Below, piece after piece: positions 59,171 through 64,000 of a stretch of DNA of 64,000 bases. Made by a program: the position numbers and the translations under genes. The notes under the pieces are model-generated. The model had not been told where the DNA came from. It saw only the letters and a list, made by a program, of their open reading frames with translations, and ran no database searches. The stretch is from a virus. Position 1 is the stretch's first letter; each line of letters starts with the position of its first letter. Where the stretch lies: IMG/VR virus record IMGVR_UViG_3300026519_000009, positions 12,607 through 76,606 of that record; one strand, written 5' to 3'.

Positions 59171-62100
59171 GCCTAAGATAAACGTACCAACTTGACCAAC
59201 ATCTTCGGGCGTGTCCACCACAAAATCATCAATCTGCTGCATTAATTCGTCCCGATAGGATTGTGCTAAACTCATTAGTTCACTTGAATTTAATGATATG
59301 CCACCACCTGCACCCGGAAGTGAAGCGAACTTTCCGCGAATATGACTTAGCATCATCATTGATTCCGCTAGTGCATATCGTTCTAACCAAGTTTTAATCA
59401 ACCTATCCTTTAATAAGTCCTGTTCTGTACGTTCTATCATACAATCAAGTAGAACACGTTCTGGACGGACAAAAGAACTATAAAACGAAAGTATTCTTTC
59501 GTTTTCATGCCACCCAAATGTTAATCGTGTTGCAAATAAATCTTCCAGTTGTTCGATATACTGGGACACTAGAAAAAAACTGGTTAGGTCATATGTTCCC
59601 ATGTTATATAGATGTTGCAGCACAACCTGTCCATATACACCTGCACCAGCCGCTGAACTTAAGAACGCACTATTAAACCGAAAGGCTGCCATAACATTAA
59701 CAATTTTATTATACCCCATTGTTTTATTAGTAAGGAGATATTGTTGTTTTTTGGGTTCGATATTTAAAAAGTAGAATCCACGCCGAACTGAAGCACTAGA
59801 ACGTTTTCTAAACGATTCCAACGCACGTGAGATCGCAATGTCAATTTGTGAATTAGTCAATTCGACTTCAACAACAGGATAACCCAATTGTTGTCTAATA
59901 CTATCCGCCAACTCCCGCCGTTCATCAGGTGTTCCATCTGTACCAACGCCTAATTCAAGATACGAAGGAATACCAGTTTTACCATCATTTCCCGGAATTG
60001 GTGTAAGGATATTGGGAATAATACTTAACTGGTTCCATAAAAATGAATTATCAGGAATATCACGTGTTGGATACGTTGTTACCAATCCATTATTAAGAAA
60101 CTCACATTGTGTTCCCGCAACGTCATTAACACCGGCATACGCGAAACCTGTTCCTATTGAGCAAGTGCTGGTACTAGATATCGCACTTTCCGAAGCCGGT
60201 ATTAAAATAGCATGGTCACTACCCAAACCCGTCGTTGAAAATGTTATTCCGCCATTTTCATTGAACGCCGCGATAGCGCATGGAATAGCGGCTACCCATG
60301 CGCTACCATTCCAAGTATTTAATACTTCAGAGGCGGTATCATACCAATGGCTTCCCCTTACTGGATTAAACGGAACAGTGGAGAATATCATATTTGTCCA
60401 CATTAAACCATTACGAACAAATAATGCATTATTTGACGTATCAAACCAATACACGCCAGTTGGTATATTCGTTGGATCGGTAGCAGAGTCAATTGGATCA
60501 ACGATATTCCAGCCCATGGCTGGCGTATCCCAAATCCGCCAAGTATTTGTAGATGGCATAAACCATGCTTCGCCTAATGCTACTTGCGTTGGATCAGTAC
60601 TACGGAAAATAGACGTAACCGTCACCCAATCGCCGCCATCCCAACGAAGTAATATATTATTGATAGTATCATTCCATATTGTGTTCACTATTATTGGGGC
60701 TGGCTCCGCTGGGTCTAATAATGATTGTATGAAATTAGATACCAGTGTCCAAGACAGATTAATACTATCCCAAGTGTACAATAAATCAGCGTTTGAATCC
60801 CACCATAACTCACATGATGTTATATCGGTTGGATCTTCAGGCCAGAATAATACAGATAATAAAACAAATCCATTTGGTGAGGTGGCCGAGTATTCCCGTA
60901 ATTCTTCTGTCACTGGATTGAACCATAATAATCCATCAGTAGGTGAAGTGGGTTCTATTTCTTGAAAAATGACAGTTGTAGTGATATCATTCCACACACC
61001 AGCGTTTCGAATTGACAATGTTGAATTAGTATCATTAAACCAATACGTTCCATTTAATAGTTGATTTGGTGCCTGTGGCCAAAAAATTGCATTTGTTGTA
61101 TTCCATTGCGTATCGTCAACATTCCATACCAATAATTCATTTATATTTTCATCATACCAATGGGTACCACATGGAACGGTAGGGCAATCACTAGGGTCTG
61201 TTGCTGAACTTAAAGTAACTTGTTCACACCATGTAGTGCCATTCCATTCTCTTGCGATGTTGTTATCAAACCAATATAACCCACAAGCAGGTGCGGTAGG
61301 ATCTGTTTCGCTTTCAATAAAAGGAATTACATTAAATCCGGTGGGCGTCGGTACATTCCAGCGATTTAGAATTTTATTTGTAGTGTCGTACCAGTATCCA
61401 CCAACCGTAATATTACTGGGATCAGTCGGTTCAATAAGAACAGGAATACTATTATATACCGTACCATCAAATTGAAATAGTTCTTGCTTTGTTACGTCCC
61501 AAAAAAAGGAATCAGCATTTGGTGGAAGTGGTGATTGTAACGGATTGCCAACTAATAAGATTTGTCGATTAATTTCATCTATTAAATCTTGATACGTACC
61601 AAGATTAATACCATCAGCTATGAATTCTACTGTTTTGTGTGTGTTGGGTTGTGCAAACTTATCATCAATTATGATATCAAACTCATAGTCTATTCCAGGA
61701 ATAAGCCCTGTTCCATCGGTTGGTAATACCCCACCCCCCGCGTTACCAAGGTTTATTATTTGTGTGGCTGGAACATCCGTTTGAATATTCCCAAATTTAT
61801 CGGAATACGCACGCACGCCATCCGCGTGATAACGGGTTTGGCAATCAACAGCGTATCCAGCTACATAATATGTGGTGTTGGGTTGTAAATCATTAATGAT
61901 AACAGACATGGTGAATGGTTCACCGTTACATTTCTTTTCACATTCGTAAAACGCACCTACTACTAATGCGGTGCCGATACGGTCAGCCGTGCTTAGATCA
62001 AAATCAGCGGTTGGATCACTAATATAAGTAACACCATCCTGAGGAATGTTGGTTGCATCTAACGGGGTTGAACTAAGAAGTAATACAATACCTGCATATA

Positions 62101-62263
62101 CACTATCAATGCCGGATGCACAACCTAACGCAGGCCCGGGTATATTCCATTCGATTGTTCCTTGACCAGCCGCTGGACATCCTTGCTTAAAGGATAATTT
62201 AATCTCTTGTCCTTCTGTTCGTAACGCATTTGCTGTATCAGCAATTGGATCAAACACACCCAT
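59168..62263 (-). CDS. Neck protein (T4 gp13-like C-terminal domain) with a long Trp-repeat extension
   Basis: LGYPVVEVELT..QID and IRGKFASLPGAGGGISLN motifs; about ten P...W[FY]DT....L..W.G..W repeats. Confidence 0.85.
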   Translation of the reverse strand: MGVFDPIADTANALRTEGQEIKLSFKQGCPAAGQGTIEWNIPGPALGCASGIDSVYAGIVLLLSSTPLDATNIPQDGVTYISDPTADFDLSTADRIGTALVVGAFYECEKKCNGEPFTMSVIINDLQPNTTYYVAGYAVDCQTRYHADGVRAYSDKFGNIQTDVPATQIINLGNAGGGVLPTDGTGLIPGIDYEFDIIIDDKFAQPNTHKTVEFIADGINLGTYQDLIDEINRQILLVGNPLQSPLPPNADSFFWDVTKQELFQFDGTVYNSIPVLIEPTDPSNITVGGYWYDTTNKILNRWNVPTPTGFNVIPFIESETDPTAPACGLYWFDNNIAREWNGTTWCEQVTLSSATDPSDCPTVPCGTHWYDENINELLVWNVDDTQWNTTNAIFWPQAPNQLLNGTYWFNDTNSTLSIRNAGVWNDITTTVIFQEIEPTSPTDGLLWFNPVTEELREYSATSPNGFVLLSVLFWPEDPTDITSCELWWDSNADLLYTWDSINLSWTLVSNFIQSLLDPAEPAPIIVNTIWNDTINNILLRWDGGDWVTVTSIFRSTDPTQVALGEAWFMPSTNTWRIWDTPAMGWNIVDPIDSATDPTNIPTGVYWFDTSNNALFVRNGLMWTNMIFSTVPFNPVRGSHWYDTASEVLNTWNGSAWVAAIPCAIAAFNENGGITFSTTGLGSDHAILIPASESAISSTSTCSIGTGFAYAGVNDVAGTQCEFLNNGLVTTYPTRDIPDNSFLWNQLSIIPNILTPIPGNDGKTGIPSYLELGVGTDGTPDERRELADSIRQQLGYPVVEVELTNSQIDIAISRALESFRKRSSASVRRGFYFLNIEPKKQQYLLTNKTMGYNKIVNVMAAFRFNSAFLSSAAGAGVYGQVVLQHLYNMGTYDLTSFFLVSQYIEQLEDLFATRLTFGWHENERILSFYSSFVRPERVLLDCMIERTEQDLLKDRLIKTWLERYALAESMMMLSHIRGKFASLPGAGGGISLNSSELMSLAQSYRDELMQQIDDFVVDTPEDVGQVGTFILG

Positions 62264-62295
62264 ATTAAACTCCAGTTAAATATGGTAGTATTTAT

Positions 62296-62354
62296 CCAAG
62301 TTGACTAAATACCATCTCTAAGTAAATGCACTTACTTAGAGATGCGGGCGACAA
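62296..62354 (+). mobile_element. Mini element with a divergent but intact stem
   Basis: TATTTAT|CCAAGTTGACTAAATAC-CATCTCTAAGTAA-N6-TTACTTAGAGATG-CGGGCGACAA. Confidence 0.7.
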
Positions 62355-62362
62355 TAATAAAA

Positions 62363-62764
62363 TTAAAGATTTAGTATAAAGTCTACGAGAATTTCAATAT
62401 TTTCATCACTCACACGCGGTGAATATGGTGGCATAGCTGCATTTCCAGTTGTTTCTCCCCAGTTTCCTCTCCCGCCCTTCTTAATCTTTGTTATCAATAA
62501 GGATTTAGCATCTGTTTTATTGTGATATCGAATGGCCACGTCAGTCCAACTTGGGCCAACTATTTTCTTTTTTACGCCGTGGCACGCGAGGCAGCCACTT
62601 TTCTTAGCCAGCTGCAACGTATCTTGTTGGATAGGTGATACGGTTGTTGACACTACAACAACCGTATCGGGTGGTAATATATGTATAGGTGCTGGCTCAT
62701 TATCAATGCAACCAACCAATAACATTCCCATTGCTGCTATTACTATGTATTTTGTATGTTTCAT
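62363..62764 (-). CDS. Class I cytochrome c (c551/c552-like), lipoprotein
   Basis: Lipobox LLVGC; GCLACH haem motif, VGPSW, IKKGG.GNWG, and the MPP axial Met. Confidence 0.9.
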   Translation of the reverse strand: MKHTKYIVIAAMGMLLVGCIDNEPAPIHILPPDTVVVVSTTVSPIQQDTLQLAKKSGCLACHGVKKKIVGPSWTDVAIRYHNKTDAKSLLITKIKKGGRGNWGETTGNAAMPPYSPRVSDENIEILVDFILNL

Positions 62765-62806
62765 ATAATGCAGTATACTGATTTTTGTTTAAGTGTCAAA
62801 TGGAGT

Positions 62807-63739
62807 TTAATCGCCCACTGTTTTTTGACGATAAATTTCAATCAGTACCGAAGCCGACCAGGTTGAATTTGATTGATTATGGCATATTAATTCCAAATAA
62901 TATGGTTGTCGCAACTCAGTTGTTTCATTAGACGACATAGTAAAATAGTTAGAAGCTGTACCCTTACATGGTATCCTATTAATATACTTATGTAAATTTG
63001 TCTTCACGTTTTTGATTTTATACAGTCCGGTACCCGCCATATTTGGTGTTAAATTAGTTCCATCATAGTCCCAATCACCATCTTTGGTATATGTTCGTGG
63101 TATCAACACTGGGGTAGCGGCAAAACCATGTGTACCAGTACCGGCTCCACTTGGTGAATATTTAATATCATTCACGTCCAATATTAAGTCTAAATTTACT
63201 GTGGTTTGCAACGCGGTGGGTGGCGCAACAACACACGCCGATATACAATCGCCAATTCCACCATTATTAAACTTCAAATAACCCTCATGTATCCATACTC
63301 TACCGCATGATGATAGAAAATTTATACTTTTGGAAACCGTAGCAACACCGGGCACCATATCAAATTCTAATAGGTCACCTTCACCAATCTTTTCATTTAT
63401 AATATCATCACCTGCGCCAGTCCATACTGCATATACGGATGAATCTGATACGTTAGGTTTATATGATGTATGCACCGCAAGTTTCTTGCCATCAATTTCT
63501 GATTTTGGAAAGATATCACCCACGAGAAAGTTCCAACCTTCTATAGGATTTGTGAAACTTTCGGTCGCACTTTCTACTACTAAATCGCCCTGCGCAACTG
63601 CTGCCATTACCTCCTGATCGTTTCTGAATACTTCTAATTCACCCTTGCTAATTAGATATACCTCACCATTGACGATTGTTTGACCTGCCCATTCACCATC
63701 TACACCTGATACATTTTTTATTTTAAAAATAGCACTCAT
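62807..63739 (-). CDS. Putative virion structural protein
   Basis: 310 aa, beta-rich composition, structural neighbourhood. Confidence 0.5.
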   Translation of the reverse strand: MSAIFKIKNVSGVDGEWAGQTIVNGEVYLISKGELEVFRNDQEVMAAVAQGDLVVESATESFTNPIEGWNFLVGDIFPKSEIDGKKLAVHTSYKPNVSDSSVYAVWTGAGDDIINEKIGEGDLLEFDMVPGVATVSKSINFLSSCGRVWIHEGYLKFNNGGIGDCISACVVAPPTALQTTVNLDLILDVNDIKYSPSGAGTGTHGFAATPVLIPRTYTKDGDWDYDGTNLTPNMAGTGLYKIKNVKTNLHKYINRIPCKGTASNYFTMSSNETTELRQPYYLELICHNQSNSTWSASVLIEIYRQKTVGD

Positions 63740-63748
63740 ATTAGTTCA

Positions 63749-64000
63749 CTACAGGGTAGCAGCGCCACCCTCTCCCGTTGTTTGAATCGTATATTTGTAT
63801 TCGATGTTAACCATTGCCCATGTTGCTTCAATCGTGCCTACTTGTTTAATATAAATACTAATAGTATCACCAGTTTCAAACTGCATACTGGCCAATCCAT
63901 TAGTTTTAAATGCATATCGTTTATTTCGAATTTCCCATGTGTATAATTCTACCGAATTTTTATAAATTATAATGTCAACATTAACACCATCTACTAAATT
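63749..64000 (-). CDS. Partial CDS running off the window
   Basis: Open frame NLVDGVNVDIIIYKN...GEGGAATL ending in TAG. Confidence 0.55.
   Translation of the reverse strand, partial: NLVDGVNVDIIIYKNSVELYTWEIRNKRYAFKTNGLASMQFETGDTISIYIKQVGTIEATWAMVNIEYKYTIQTTGEGGAATL

Noticed and set aside
11027-62354. Palindromic repeats as a CRISPR or other tandem guide array
   Set aside because: Copies are dispersed singly on both strands with no regular spacers, and there are no cas genes; the tnpB-containing long copies explain them.
11027-62354. Repeats as ordinary rho-independent terminators
   Set aside because: Conserved non-stem termini (TTAT|CCAAGTTG and GCTTCAA) persist even when the stem is lost, and most copies lack U-tracts. 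A secondary terminator role remains possible.
224-63617. Numerous antisense ORFs in the track (e.g. 28546-29106, 40145-40744, 60012-60965)
   Set aside because: They are shadows of well-supported genes on the opposite strand, with no motifs or RBS.
1-64000. Stop-codon reassignment
   Set aside because: Standard code gives full-length genes and dense coding; TAA, TAG and TGA all end recognisable genes.

Overview
This AT-rich window is part of a large T4-related (jumbo) myovirus genome, probably infecting a Gram-negative host (it has spanins and a proteobacterial-type class Ia RNR). It encodes virion genes (a 3672-aa structural protein, baseplate hub/wedge, tail fibres, tail tube, head completion, TerS/TerL, neck), nucleotide metabolism (prs, tmk, nrdA, nrdB, glutaredoxin, Nudix, deoxyribosyltransferase), two helicases, a permuted DNA methyltransferase and a class I cytochrome c. 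The most striking feature is non-coding. At least 25 loci between 11 and 62 kb carry one family of ~60-bp hairpin elements (consensus TTAT|CCAAGTTGCCGRAATACCACTTCCAAAT(T)CAGCAAGCTGAATTTGGAAGTGGTCGCTTCAA). Three longer copies still hold tnpB remnants, which identifies the family as miniature derivatives of an IS200/IS605 element whose left- and right-end hairpins have collapsed into one. Many copies abut the putative T4-type late promoter (NATAAATA) and leave it intact, and several supply an in-frame TGA stop to a convergent gene. A second, IS607-like tnpB element sits in the nrdB ribosome-binding site and has its own miniature derivative. All protein calls come from motif recognition by eye; no database searches were run.
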